From Candidatus Micrarchaeota archaeon (GTDB taxonomy: Archaea > Micrarchaeota > Micrarchaeia > Anstonellales > Bilamarchaeaceae), in assembly GCA_043821365.1 (NCBI GenBank), contig JBDRCX010000001.1:1-45712 (forward strand): DNA of 45,712 nucleotides. The letters are read 5' to 3'. Below the pieces are notes generated by a model, which did not search any database, had not been told where the DNA came from, and saw only the letters and a list, made by a program, of their open reading frames with translations. Numbering within the stretch: the stretch's first letter is position 1; every line of letters starts with the position of its first letter. The translations under genes were made by a program, and so were the position numbers. Below are positions 24,634 to 35,367 of the stretch, piece by piece.

Positions 24634-25251
24634 TTACTGTTGTTCCCATGTCGGATTAAAAAATTCTTGTTGTTTGCGTGAAAGGTACCAACCAGCAATT
24701 AAACCAAAAATCAAACCACCTAAATGGGCAGCATTGGCAATTCCTCCCCCTGGGTTAAATGTTCCAAATGTTTCAATCAAAAACCAGATTATGGCAGCAT
24801 ATTTCAATTTTACTGGAAAAAACCACAAATAGATAACCACATTTGGAAGAAGTATAGCAACTGCTCCGAGAATGCCGTAGATTGCACCGCTTGCACCAAG
24901 TGCAGGGCATGCCCACGTACCACCAAATGGAGACTGGCAGATGGGTGGCCATGGAGTGAATACTGTAAGATAATAAAGTAGCCCTCCTATAAGTCCTGCA
25001 CCCAAGAAAATAATTAGATACTCTTTCTTTGTAGTTCTTCTCTCAAGAAGACTACCGAACATGAAAAGCGCATAGCCATTAAAGAAAATATGGATGAAAT
25101 CACTGTGTAAAAACATACTTGTAAAAAAACGCCATGGTTCTGAAAATGCAAAATCAGGTATGAATATGAATAAGTTTGTTATCAATGGGCTAATAAGTTG
25201 TAGAACAAAGATTAGTAGCATTATGGCAAGCAGAGTAAATGAAAGATTCAT
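24634..25251 (-). CDS. Rhomboid intramembrane serine protease
   Basis: EPWR..TSMFLH...HI.FN, GASGAI (Ser), AHLGG (His). Confidence 0.95.
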   Translation of the reverse strand: MNLSFTLLAIMLLIFVLQLISPLITNLFIFIPDFAFSEPWRFFTSMFLHSDFIHIFFNGYALFMFGSLLERRTTKKEYLIIFLGAGLIGGLLYYLTVFTPWPPICQSPFGGTWACPALGASGAIYGILGAVAILLPNVVIYLWFFPVKLKYAAIIWFLIETFGTFNPGGGIANAAHLGGLIFGLIAGWYLSRKQQEFFNPTWEQQ

Positions 25252-25275
25252 GGTTTAGAATCAACTATAAAGGAT

Positions 25276-26367
25276 TTAAATACAACCCGACGCCTTTTTT
25301 ATGCTTGAAATTAGTTTTTTATAAGGAGAATTTGTTTTTATAGACAGAGGAGAAAAATGAGTTCTGTTTGCAGAATAACCTGATTTTTTGATTAGTTCCA
25401 TAAGAACAATAATATTTGGCACTGGGTTGATTTTTTTTATCTTACATAATGAATGAATATTGTAATAAAATGGTGATTCTCCGCACTCTCCAACCATCAG
25501 AGAAATCATTTTGTTTATCTGATCATTATCCTGATAAATTCTCTTTTTATTAAGAATAAGCATTTTTTCCAGGAATTTTTTATTGTGAATTTCTCCAAGC
25601 CAGAGTGGCCCTGCAAAATCACTTTTATTTCTGCAAAGTTCACAATTTTTAGGAAAAACATCAAAAGAACGATTACCGCATTTCCAACAATAACTAATGT
25701 GCCCAATTTTTTTCAGTGAACCATAGGCAAGATCAGCATTTCTTTTGAGGTGTATAATTGACTTTAGATAATGTTTATCAGAGAATGATATCAATGGTTC
25801 TATACCCATATTGAATTCAGCTGCAGTTTCAGCAATTTTCTTTATCATGATCCTAAGGCCAGATTCATGAGTAAACTCATTGTTTAGTGGCTTAGAATGA
25901 TAGTTTTTCATGCATGCTTGAGTCTTGCCACCACAAAGAACCGCAACATCAGTTGCAGTAACTGACAGATAACCAGATTTTTTTATATTAAAATAACGAA
26001 ACGCATCAACCAAATAAGGAGCAGGAGTACCGAAAGGATCGATTTCTAAAAAATCAGTTTGGAATTCGAATGCGGCCTTTGATATGTTGTTATGGCAAAA
26101 CGATGCCTTAAGCTTATTTGTTTTTGAATTTTTTTTAGCGCTACTAATTGCTGCTTTAGATAAATCAAGAAATGTTGTAGTAGTTACATTCTTATTTTCC
26201 TTAGCATACCTGATTCCTCTTATTCCAGAGGCACAAAATGCATCAATAACTGTTATATCATCGTTTATAGCTCCAACTGCCAATGAAGAAATACTTCTGC
26301 ATAAGCGCATTGCTGGATTGTAAAAAACATCTTTAGCAGCAGTAAATTTGATTTTTTCTTCGTACAC
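25276..26367 (-). CDS. trm1: tRNA (guanine26-N2)-dimethyltransferase
   Basis: VFYNP.M...R, DAFCASGIRGIRY, IDPFGTP, VTATD, Zn-finger CWKC...CELC, GPLW.G. Confidence 0.94.
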   Translation of the reverse strand: MYEEKIKFTAAKDVFYNPAMRLCRSISSLAVGAINDDITVIDAFCASGIRGIRYAKENKNVTTTTFLDLSKAAISSAKKNSKTNKLKASFCHNNISKAAFEFQTDFLEIDPFGTPAPYLVDAFRYFNIKKSGYLSVTATDVAVLCGGKTQACMKNYHSKPLNNEFTHESGLRIMIKKIAETAAEFNMGIEPLISFSDKHYLKSIIHLKRNADLAYGSLKKIGHISYCWKCGNRSFDVFPKNCELCRNKSDFAGPLWLGEIHNKKFLEKMLILNKKRIYQDNDQINKMISLMVGECGESPFYYNIHSLCKIKKINPVPNIIVLMELIKKSGYSANRTHFSPLSIKTNSPYKKLISSIKKASGCI

Positions 26368-26396
26368 GAATTCCTCTTCCTTTATACATTTATTAA

Positions 26397-27581
26397 TTAT
26401 TTTGTTTTATCTAGAAATTCACGCATAGCTACAGTAGCATAGCTTCCTGCTGGAAGTGAAAATTTAAAAAAATTGTTTTGACAGGAAAAATCTTTTAATG
26501 GAGAAAACAAAGTTCGGCGAGTTCCTTTGGAAGCCAATTCTGGAATTTCTTTTACACGGAAATGATCTTTTGTTAGATTGAAACTTTCCATAATATTTTT
26601 TTCCCTATCACTCAGATAGGTATTATATCCGATGATTTTCCCGGTAATCCACCCGTTTCCTTCAATTTTTTCAACATCAGGAAACCCGAATGTTTCACCA
26701 CAGAAATATTCACCTTCCTCGAGTTGTATTTCTCCTTCTGCAATACGATCTGATAAGAGTAGATTGAAAAGATGAGATTGGAACGAATGGATGAAAAGTA
26801 AAAGTATATTGCGGGGCAGAGAACGAAGTGCAGTTAAGTAATTGGTTGGATGTTTAGAGAGGTACATTAAAATTGACCGTTCTAAAGTTAGGTACTTTGG
26901 AAATGATTTCAGTGCAGTGTTAAAATCTCTTGTTTCCAAAAGCTCCTCTCTTGCCAATCTTGCCTCTTGATTATTTTCAGTAGCACTATCGCAAAGAAAC
27001 ATAAAAAGAGCATCTTCAATTTTTCCTTCGATTAATCTCTGACCAACTAGGTGAGTATTCCTTCTTGTTGAACCAAATCTTTGTTCACCAAAATAATTTG
27101 GAAATTGACCGTTGAGGTCGGCTATGATGGCCTCGCTACAGTCATTTGATTTTTCACTGTAATCTCTAACAGTTATAGTAAACCGATTACCTAAAAGATC
27201 TCCAATAGATACTCTTTCTTTAGCAGTCCATGCACCATTTATTGAGATATCCTTAATTTTTGTTTCAAGAAGTTTTTCTTTTGTAATACCTGAAACAGAT
27301 GCAATCTGAGTCGATATTGAGACTTTGTCTTTCATACCTGCAGTATTGAAATTCTTCTGGCTCATGTGGAATTTTTTTGCAATTTCATTTAGTGCAGATG
27401 AAGTTGACCAATTCCTTTTCTGAAGAACAAAATGAACAAAATTACCTTCTTCATCCTGTTTTTCAAATAACTTGTCGAGCTCTAGAACAGTTCCGTCAAT
27501 ACTAATTTCTTCTACTATAAAGTCTTCCGGAACTGATTTTATTTGGCCACCAATTCCTGGGCTTTTCGATAGATATTTCAT
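26397..27581 (-). CDS. truD: tRNA pseudouridine synthase TruD/Pus7
   Basis: PEDFIVEE, AGMKDK (catalytic Asp), GNRFTI, PNYFGEQRFG, F.LPAGSYAT...RE. Confidence 0.96.
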   Translation of the reverse strand: MKYLSKSPGIGGQIKSVPEDFIVEEISIDGTVLELDKLFEKQDEEGNFVHFVLQKRNWSTSSALNEIAKKFHMSQKNFNTAGMKDKVSISTQIASVSGITKEKLLETKIKDISINGAWTAKERVSIGDLLGNRFTITVRDYSEKSNDCSEAIIADLNGQFPNYFGEQRFGSTRRNTHLVGQRLIEGKIEDALFMFLCDSATENNQEARLAREELLETRDFNTALKSFPKYLTLERSILMYLSKHPTNYLTALRSLPRNILLLFIHSFQSHLFNLLLSDRIAEGEIQLEEGEYFCGETFGFPDVEKIEGNGWITGKIIGYNTYLSDREKNIMESFNLTKDHFRVKEIPELASKGTRRTLFSPLKDFSCQNNFFKFSLPAGSYATVAMREFLDKTK

Positions 27582-27703
27582 TATGCACCCGTTACAAATA
27601 TTTTAGATAGCATCCAATCATAACAATCTATGATTATTAGATATGAACTAATGGTTCACAGTAATTAAAATAGGATTAGAACAAAATTGATCTAGTGGTT
27701 TTA

Positions 27704-29881
27704 ATGAAAATTTTAATAACTTCAGCCCTACCTTATGTAAACAATGTCCCACACCTCGGAAATATAATAGGATGTGTGTTATCTGCAGATGTATTTGCAA
27801 GATACTGCAGATCAAAGGAATATGATTGTCTTTATGTTTGTGGAACTGATGAATACGGAACTGCAACAGAGATAAAAGCTCTGGAGGAAGGAGTAACTCC
27901 AAAAGACATATGTGATAAGTACTACAAAATACATAAAGAGATATACGAATGGTTTGGTGTTAAATTTGATATTTTTGGCAGAACATCAACTGAAAAACAC
28001 ACTGAGATAACTCAAAATATTTTTTCAGAATTGTACAAAAATGGTCACATAGTAGAAGATGAAGTCGAACAGTTTTATGATGAAAAGGCAGATATGTTCC
28101 TTGCAGATCGTTATATAGAAGGAACATGCCCACACTGCAACTCCAAAGGAGCAAGAAGTGATCAATGCGATAAATGTGGAAAATTACTTCATCCTGGAGA
28201 ATTAATCGAACCACTTAGTAAGGTAACAAAAACAAAACCTGTTTTGAAAAAAACAAAACACCTCTTCATCAATCTGCCTGGAATAGAAGTGAAACTTGCA
28301 GAATGGATAATACGAAAATCAAAGGAAGGATTATGGTCAGACAATTCAACGAAGATAGCAGAATCATGGTTAAGGGATGGGTTAAAGAAAAGAGCAATAA
28401 CAAGAGATCTGAAGTGGGGAGTTCAAGTACCTTTGGAAGGATATGAAAAGAAGGTTTTTTATGTTTGGTTTGATGCACCTATTGGATATATTTCAATAAC
28501 AGCAAATCTAACTGACCAATGGAGGGAGTGGTGGCTAAATCCAAATGAAGTGAAACTATACCAATTTATGGGAAAGGACAACGTACCATTCCACACAGTT
28601 ATCTTCCCTTCAACACTCATGGGAACAGAACAACCATGGACACTGTTACACCATATAAGCACAACAGAATTCCTTAATTACGAAGGGGATAAATTTTCAA
28701 AATCAAGAAAAATTGGTGTTTTTGGAGATGATGCTGTCAAATCAGGAATCGCGCCTGATGTCTGGCGGTATTACTTACTCGTAAATAGACCAGAACAAGC
28801 AGACACTAATTTTATTTGGAATGATTTTACAGACAAAAACAATAATGAACTTTTGGCTAACTTAGGTAATTTAGTCAATAGAACACTTGTTTTTATAAAA
28901 AATAATTTTGATAGTACTGTACCGGATTTTGAAAGTGGTGAATCACCTGTATTTGAACCGTTTCACATTGAAAAAATAAAGAAAATAGAAAAAAATCTTG
29001 AGATTGTCAAAATTAAACATGCTTTACATGAAATAATGGAACTATCTAGTGACTGGAATAAATTTTTCCAATCAAAAAAACCATGGGAAGGAGTAAAATC
29101 AGATAATCAAAATGATGCAAAGATAGCAATTTATCTTCTAGCAAATGCCGTTAAGGACCTGGCAATTTTAATTGAACCATATTTACCAAAAACAAGCGAA
29201 GAGATGTTTAAACAGCTTAACATTGAACCTAAAAAATGGAATGATCTTGGGAATTTATCAATAGATTCAGGCCATAAAATCGGAAATCCAGAAACATTAT
29301 TTAGAAAAATAGAAAAAAATGAAATGGAAACACTAAAGAAAAGATTTTCAGGTGGACAAACAGTTCCAGAACCACAGTTTAGTGATCTTGATTTAGAAGT
29401 TGGGGAAATACTTAGTGCAGAAAAACACCCAGACGCAGAAAAATTATTTATTGAACGGATCAAACTTGGAGATGGTGAAAGACAAATAGTATCTGGACTT
29501 GCAGGGCATTATTTTCCAGAAGAACTTGTTGGTAAAAAGGTTATTATAGTCAAAAATCTTGCCCCTGCAAAATTAAGAGGAATTGAATCTCAGGGAATGT
29601 TATTGGCTGCAGAAGGAAGAGAATTTGGACCGCCTCATGAAGGAAAATCACAAATGGAAATTGGTGCTCTTGAAGTAATATTCTGCAATGATAGTAAAAT
29701 TGGTGAGAAAATAACACTAAAAGGAGAAAAATCCAATCCAAGAAAATTAATCACAATAAAAGAGATTGAAAAAATAGACATTAAAGTGGAGAATTTCTTA
29801 GTTGTTCATAATGGAAAGCAGCTAGTAAGTGAAAGTCAGAAGCTTAAAATGGTAAACACAAAAGAAGGAAACGTAGGATAG
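27704..29881 (+). CDS. metG: Methionyl-tRNA synthetase with C-terminal tRNA-binding domain
   Basis: TSALPYVNNVPHLGN, GTDEYG, Zn knuckle CPHC/CDKC, YVWFDA, KFSKS, OB domain RQIVSGL. Confidence 0.97.
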   Translation: MKILITSALPYVNNVPHLGNIIGCVLSADVFARYCRSKEYDCLYVCGTDEYGTATEIKALEEGVTPKDICDKYYKIHKEIYEWFGVKFDIFGRTSTEKHTEITQNIFSELYKNGHIVEDEVEQFYDEKADMFLADRYIEGTCPHCNSKGARSDQCDKCGKLLHPGELIEPLSKVTKTKPVLKKTKHLFINLPGIEVKLAEWIIRKSKEGLWSDNSTKIAESWLRDGLKKRAITRDLKWGVQVPLEGYEKKVFYVWFDAPIGYISITANLTDQWREWWLNPNEVKLYQFMGKDNVPFHTVIFPSTLMGTEQPWTLLHHISTTEFLNYEGDKFSKSRKIGVFGDDAVKSGIAPDVWRYYLLVNRPEQADTNFIWNDFTDKNNNELLANLGNLVNRTLVFIKNNFDSTVPDFESGESPVFEPFHIEKIKKIEKNLEIVKIKHALHEIMELSSDWNKFFQSKKPWEGVKSDNQNDAKIAIYLLANAVKDLAILIEPYLPKTSEEMFKQLNIEPKKWNDLGNLSIDSGHKIGNPETLFRKIEKNEMETLKKRFSGGQTVPEPQFSDLDLEVGEILSAEKHPDAEKLFIERIKLGDGERQIVSGLAGHYFPEELVGKKVIIVKNLAPAKLRGIESQGMLLAAEGREFGPPHEGKSQMEIGALEVIFCNDSKIGEKITLKGEKSNPRKLITIKEIEKIDIKVENFLVVHNGKQLVSESQKLKMVNTKEGNVG

Positions 29882-29919
29882 TTAAAATGACTTATCACAT
29901 AATTTAATAGAGGTAGGAT

Positions 29920-30711
29920 ATGCCAAAAGAAACTTTTAGTGGGGACGATGATAAAGGTGGAGTCCTACCCCCTCCGAAAAAGAAATTAGTACTAGATAAA
30001 TTTGGTTTGAGTCCAGATGTAAACATAAGAGATGTGTTCTGGAAAATAATGGCATCTTATGCTGCTACAAAAAAACCAGGAATAGATTTAACAAAGCTAA
30101 AACACGAGGTATATGCACTTATAAGAATAGCATTATCTGCCATATCGAATCCAAAAAGTGAAAGTTATGGGTTGTCTCCAAAATTCATAGCATATTACAC
30201 AATAATGATGATAATAGATGGCAATTGGAATGATAATTTTGTTGAATTTTTAAGCCTAAGTTCAGATCAAAAAACTGCAGCCAAAAAAGACATCATCTTT
30301 GCACTAAAAAAACTCATGGGACAGGAAAAATACCGAGAAGCAATAACCAATGCATTGGGTTCGGCATTAAGAGGAAAGGGATCAAGCAGCGTTGCACTTG
30401 AATACATAGCTAAACTAAAATCAGAACAGATAGTAAACACACTGAAAAAAGAATTAATTATTATGGCAAGAGGGGACATAGGAGAAAATCAACTAAATGC
30501 GATAGATGCAATTGCAATGATAAAGTCAGATGAGGATGTTAAAAAAGCATTTATAACATTATTATCACATTGGGACGTAGAAACACGCAGAGCAATTGTA
30601 GAAATCCTTAAGACTGTTAAGGATGAGGATGTTAAAGCAGCTGCAGAGAAAAGATTGCCTGTTGAAAATGATGAGAGGATAAGAGCCGTGCTGGCTAAGC
30701 TTGGGAAGTAG
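29920..30711 (+). CDS. HEAT/ARM-repeat-like helical hypothetical protein
   Basis: All-helical pattern; DVETRRAIVEIL...DEDVKAAA...ENDERIRAVLAKL. Confidence 0.6.
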   Translation: MPKETFSGDDDKGGVLPPPKKKLVLDKFGLSPDVNIRDVFWKIMASYAATKKPGIDLTKLKHEVYALIRIALSAISNPKSESYGLSPKFIAYYTIMMIIDGNWNDNFVEFLSLSSDQKTAAKKDIIFALKKLMGQEKYREAITNALGSALRGKGSSSVALEYIAKLKSEQIVNTLKKELIIMARGDIGENQLNAIDAIAMIKSDEDVKKAFITLLSHWDVETRRAIVEILKTVKDEDVKAAAEKRLPVENDERIRAVLAKLGK

Positions 30712-30725
30712 AGGAGGAAAATAAT

Positions 30726-31250
30726 ATGGATGAAATTATAAAAATACCCCATGAGAGAATCAGGATATTTCTTGGTAAGGACGGAAGCATTAAAAAAAGA
30801 CTGGAAAAAAAATGTAAAGTAAAATTCACCATAGATAGTGAAGGGGATGTTCAGATCTTAGGAGATCCGACAGATATATTTTTTGCTAGGGATATAGTAA
30901 AAGCAATAGGAAGAGGATTTACCCCTGAAGAAGCCCTTCATTTGCTTAAACATGATTATGGATTATACTTGGTGCAGCTTAAGGATTATGCCCATACTGA
31001 AAAGGCAATAATAAGATTAAAGGGGAGGATAATTGGTGAGAAGGGAAAGATAAAGAATCAGATCCAGGACGCAACTGATTCTTACATATCTATTTATGGA
31101 AATACAATCGGCATAATAGCAAAAATTGATACCATGGAATATGCAAAAGAAGCAGTTGGAATGCTCATAAATGGTGCCCGCCATACTAGTGTACTTGGTT
31201 ATTTGGCAAAAGTAAAACGAGAGATATGGGAAGCAAGACTTAGAGGGTAA
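30726..31250 (+). CDS. KH-domain ribosome biogenesis factor Dim2/Pno1
   Basis: IP.ERI...GKDG, AIGRGF.PE.A, GRIIGEKGK, I.GARH..V. Confidence 0.93.
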   Translation: MDEIIKIPHERIRIFLGKDGSIKKRLEKKCKVKFTIDSEGDVQILGDPTDIFFARDIVKAIGRGFTPEEALHLLKHDYGLYLVQLKDYAHTEKAIIRLKGRIIGEKGKIKNQIQDATDSYISIYGNTIGIIAKIDTMEYAKEAVGMLINGARHTSVLGYLAKVKREIWEARLRG

Positions 31251-31353
31251 TAATTAATAGCTTTGTGCAAGTATAAAATTGCAGGCGATCTTTTGTTAAT
31301 TGTACGGGACCCCCACATTAGAGTTCCACAATCAACAAAAAAAAGTGATTAGA

Positions 31354-32970
31354 ATGGTGGAAGAAGATTCATTTAAACAGTTTAAAGAGCACTCGGTAGC
31401 AGAGTTCTTCAAAAAGAACAGACAGATGCTGGGTTTTTCAGGTAAAGTAAGATCAATGACCATGATTGTCCATGAATTTGTTACAAATAGTTTGGATGCT
31501 TGTGAAGAAGCAGGCATAATGCCAGAAATATTCGTACAAGTTGAAGAAATAGACAAAACAAAAGACCATTACAAATTAACCATAAAGGATAATGGACCAG
31601 GTATTCCAAAAAGCCATCTTGGAAAGGCATTAGGACAAATGCTTGCTGGAACAAAATTCCACAGGTATTTGCAACAAAGAGGGCAGCAAGGTATAGGTGC
31701 GGCAGCATGTACCATGTTTTCATACATAACAACTGGCCAATCAACAAAAGCAGTGTCATGTCATAAAAAAGTAAAACTAACAGCAGATATTTCCATAGAT
31801 TATAAGAAGAATAAACCAATGATTCAGCAAATTGAGGAAGTACCAACAGAAGAAAGCGGACTTATGATAATTTCTGAATTCAAAGAAGTGAAATACGAAA
31901 AAAGTAACTATGGAGTCCAGGAATATTTAAGAAGAACCGCATTGGCAAATCCTCATTGTATAATAACATTAATTGAACCAAACAATGAACAAATTGTTTT
32001 TCCAAGATCAGTAAATGAAAATCCGCAAAAGCCATTTGAGATAAAACCACACCCATTAGGCATTGGACCTCATGATCTTTTAGAATTTACAAAGCATAAT
32101 AAGGAATCTAGAAAACTTTCATCTTTTCTACAAGAAACTTTTTCTAGATTTAGTGCAGCAAAGGCAGAAGAACTACGATCATTACTCCCAGATATTGATT
32201 TCAACCAACAACCTGGAAATTTGAACTGGGACAATGCAGAAGCAATAGTAAAAACATTTAAACAGATGAAATGGATTGCACCAACAACAGATTCGTTAGT
32301 ACCAATCGGAAAAGAACAGGTTGAAGCATCATTTAGGAACATATTCAATCCGGAAGTTTTAGTTGTGACAGAAAGAAGTCCAAAAGTTTATCGTGGTGGT
32401 ATTCCTTTCATGGTTGAGGTGGGTATTGCTTACGGCGGTGGGGTTGCAGCAGCAGGAAAAAAAGGGGAAGTAATGAGATTTGCAAATCGTGTGCCATTAT
32501 TATTTGATTCGAGTGGGTGTGCCATCAGTGAAACAATAAAGACAATGGACTGGAAACGATATGATGTCAAAAATTTTGAAGAAGAACCAATAGCAGTTCT
32601 TGTCAATCTTGTTAGTGTACACGTACCATATACAAGTGCAGGGAAACAGGCAATATCAAATGAAGAAGATGTTATGGAAGAGATAAAATTTGCTATCATG
32701 GAAGCTTCACGTGGAGTACAAAAATACCTTTCAGGAAAAAGAAAAGCCCATGAAATAGCAAACAAAAGAAAAGTAGTAAATCGCTATGTAGGACAATTGG
32801 CAAGTGATCTTTCCACACTTTCTGGTAATAAAAAAGAAGAGATAGAAAAAAAATTGGCACAAATAATAGATGAGAAATATAGTGGAAATGTTCCTGCTGA
32901 AAATGGAGAAAATAAAGAAGAAAACGGGGATAACGATGAGATGAACGAGGAGGGTGAAGAAGATGAGTGA
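31354..32970 (+). CDS. top6B: DNA topoisomerase VI subunit B
   Basis: SVAEFF.KN, EFVTNSLDA, DNGPGI, RGQQGIG, RFANRVPLL. Start MVEEDS at 31354. Confidence 0.97.
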   Translation: MVEEDSFKQFKEHSVAEFFKKNRQMLGFSGKVRSMTMIVHEFVTNSLDACEEAGIMPEIFVQVEEIDKTKDHYKLTIKDNGPGIPKSHLGKALGQMLAGTKFHRYLQQRGQQGIGAAACTMFSYITTGQSTKAVSCHKKVKLTADISIDYKKNKPMIQQIEEVPTEESGLMIISEFKEVKYEKSNYGVQEYLRRTALANPHCIITLIEPNNEQIVFPRSVNENPQKPFEIKPHPLGIGPHDLLEFTKHNKESRKLSSFLQETFSRFSAAKAEELRSLLPDIDFNQQPGNLNWDNAEAIVKTFKQMKWIAPTTDSLVPIGKEQVEASFRNIFNPEVLVVTERSPKVYRGGIPFMVEVGIAYGGGVAAAGKKGEVMRFANRVPLLFDSSGCAISETIKTMDWKRYDVKNFEEEPIAVLVNLVSVHVPYTSAGKQAISNEEDVMEEIKFAIMEASRGVQKYLSGKRKAHEIANKRKVVNRYVGQLASDLSTLSGNKKEEIEKKLAQIIDEKYSGNVPAENGENKEENGDNDEMNEEGEEDE

Positions 32971-34054
32971 TGCAACTAAAAAATTAGACGCCCTTGGAAA
33001 AGATATGGTAGTGCAGATAAAAAAAGGAGATGGACCAACTTTTGAAACCACCCTTAGAACAAAAAGTAACACACTTTTTGATGAAGCAGTTGGTTGCCTT
33101 AGAACTGGAGAGAAAAAAGAACAAAGAAAATTCCTCAGCATGGCACAGGCAAGAACATTCATGCAAACAGTTGCAATTGCAGCAAGAACAAAGCAATTTT
33201 TGAAGCAAGATCTTCACACATCAATCAGAGGTCTTTTTTATCAATTGAAATTTAGCCTTGGGGAAGATTTGGATGAAGATTTGTTTACAGAACAGTCAGA
33301 ATCAAATGCACTTATTGAAGACCTTGAAGTTGCACTCAAAATAAAAAGAGAAGATTTGAATCTCACAACAGATAGAAAAGGATTTGTTGCAGGTCCTATG
33401 AAAATAATGGATAAATTTGGTGGGGATGAAACTCTCATAGACTTGGAAAAACAGGGAAGAAGTGGTTGGAGTATACCAAGTGATGTTGACAATGGCATGC
33501 AGATAAAGGAATTGGATGCTGATTATGTCCTTGTGGTTGAAAAGGATGCGCTCTGGCAAAGACTGAATGAGGACAAATTCTGGAAAAAAGAAAATTGCAT
33601 TTTAGTTACTCCAAAAGGCCAATCAACAAGAGGAACAAGAAGACTTTTGAGGAAATTGGCTGACAAAAAACTTCCTGTTTATTGTTTGATGGACTGCGAT
33701 GCTTGGGGATGGTACATATACTGGACAATAAAAACAGGCAGCATGAACCTTGCCTATTTAGGAAGGGACTTTGCAGTTCCTGAATCCAGGTTTTTAGGGG
33801 TGACAATGACTGACATCAAAGAATATAGCTTTTTGGAAAAACTAACAATAAAAGCAAAGGATGTTGATGTAAAAAGAGCAGAAGAAATGATGGGATATCC
33901 TTGGATAAATAGACACAAGGACTGGGTTCATGAACTTAAACTTGTGTTAAAAACCAAAAAGAAAATAGAGCAGGATGCACTTCAAGGTGAAAGACTTACT
34001 TTTGTAGGCGAATACATAAAACAAAAAATAGATAATAAAAGATGGCTATCTTAA
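32963..34054 (+). CDS. top6A: DNA topoisomerase VI subunit A (Spo11-like)
   Basis: RGLFY (catalytic Tyr), VEKDA, KGQ..R.TRR, DCDAWG TOPRIM, KIEQDA. Confidence 0.96.
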   Translation: MSDATKKLDALGKDMVVQIKKGDGPTFETTLRTKSNTLFDEAVGCLRTGEKKEQRKFLSMAQARTFMQTVAIAARTKQFLKQDLHTSIRGLFYQLKFSLGEDLDEDLFTEQSESNALIEDLEVALKIKREDLNLTTDRKGFVAGPMKIMDKFGGDETLIDLEKQGRSGWSIPSDVDNGMQIKELDADYVLVVEKDALWQRLNEDKFWKKENCILVTPKGQSTRGTRRLLRKLADKKLPVYCLMDCDAWGWYIYWTIKTGSMNLAYLGRDFAVPESRFLGVTMTDIKEYSFLEKLTIKAKDVDVKRAEEMMGYPWINRHKDWVHELKLVLKTKKKIEQDALQGERLTFVGEYIKQKIDNKRWLS

Positions 34055-34063
34055 TTTGTTAAT

Positions 34064-35305
34064 TTATTTTGTTTCCAATTCAATCTTTCCAATATGCATG
34101 CTATAACGATCCCTTTTGCCTAGAACTGCCCCGGCGGCAGTAAAATAAAAATAATCTAGTCCTGCATCTTTGCTAATTATTCCTGGCATGTAGGTCCCTT
34201 CCTTCCACGCTGGATTATTACCACTCTCGAAAAGTGATGCCACCTTTGTCCATGGGCCCCAAGGGTTAGGTGCCTCGAATAATCCACCACCCGAAAGTGC
34301 TGTCAAAAATACATACCTCCCCGTTCCTTGATGATACATGGAAGACGCTATCAAAGATGTTTCAATACCTTCTACTGGTTCTGCATCATTTTGATTATTA
34401 GACCAAATTGGTTTTCCATCTTCTAATCCCATATAATATTCATAAGCACTATAATTTGCAACTGAAAACTTATGAACACGTGTCAGATAAACATTTTTAT
34501 CTGACCATTCTATTTCGCTACCTATGCCAAAAGCATAGACATACCCGTCTGTATTAAGTTCATAATTTTTACCCATATTGATAAACATTAATATTCTGAA
34601 AACACTATCATTTTTCCAAGGTGAATTTTCAACTTCTTTCCAAGTCTTTCCATAATCATCTGAATATGCGATATAACCAAATTTAGGAATTTCACCAGGA
34701 CTATGACCCGCCCAATAAAGAGTTCCGTTATAAAAAAGCAGGCTTGATGGTTTATCATTTCTATCACCTTGATTTTGTAGAAAGTCTATTGGAACACCAT
34801 TAGGGATATCAGTACTAACAATACAATTCTCCTGGCAATTATCAAAATAAGGTGCATCTCCACCCATTACGATTAGACCTGCATCACTCACATTACAACT
34901 CTCATAACAATTCTGTTTACAATCGAACTGATTGCAAAAAAGAGTTTGGAATGGACAATTACTAAAATTATTACATGGAATATTAACCATTGGACAGGAT
35001 AGTTCTACAGAAAATAGAGATGGAAGACAATTTACACGTCCAGTACCGTCCCCCCACGATGCATAAATATTATTATCATCAGCCCAAGTATTGAACCATA
35101 AATCCCCAAATTTTGGTTGAAATACCGGATCACCCACAATTTTTGCAGAGGTAATAACGGGTTCTCCTTTACAATCTATTTGGCAAGTATTTGTAGTCTC
35201 TCCCTCATAATATTCGCATACCCCATTACCACAATTAATTGGTTCTTGCACACAACCAAGAAACATAAACGATGTTAAAATTAGGATGACGCTTTTGTTG
35301 ACCAT
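34064..35305 (-). CDS. Lipoprotein with DUF4185-like beta-propeller (putative glycoside hydrolase)
   Basis: Lipobox FLGC; CGNGVCE..GET..TC..DC module; GDLWFNTWADD..IY.SWGDG; SDDYGKTW BNR-like motif; FEAPNPWGPW. Start MVNKS at 35305. Confidence 0.6.
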   Translation of the reverse strand: MVNKSVILILTSFMFLGCVQEPINCGNGVCEYYEGETTNTCQIDCKGEPVITSAKIVGDPVFQPKFGDLWFNTWADDNNIYASWGDGTGRVNCLPSLFSVELSCPMVNIPCNNFSNCPFQTLFCNQFDCKQNCYESCNVSDAGLIVMGGDAPYFDNCQENCIVSTDIPNGVPIDFLQNQGDRNDKPSSLLFYNGTLYWAGHSPGEIPKFGYIAYSDDYGKTWKEVENSPWKNDSVFRILMFINMGKNYELNTDGYVYAFGIGSEIEWSDKNVYLTRVHKFSVANYSAYEYYMGLEDGKPIWSNNQNDAEPVEGIETSLIASSMYHQGTGRYVFLTALSGGGLFEAPNPWGPWTKVASLFESGNNPAWKEGTYMPGIISKDAGLDYFYFTAAGAVLGKRDRYSMHIGKIELETK

Positions 35306-35367
35306 AGCTTCCATTCTAATGTAATTCTTTAAAGCTTTATTTGATGACAAATCCACCTACAATATAC

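Noticed and set aside
27616-27658. Two short inverted repeats in the truD/metG divergent promoter
   Set aside because: 5-7 bp arms in very AT-rich DNA are compatible with chance.
29610-29670. Short insertion in the MetG C-terminal domain as a palindromic coding element
   Set aside because: No convincing DNA hairpin; probably an ordinary loop variant.
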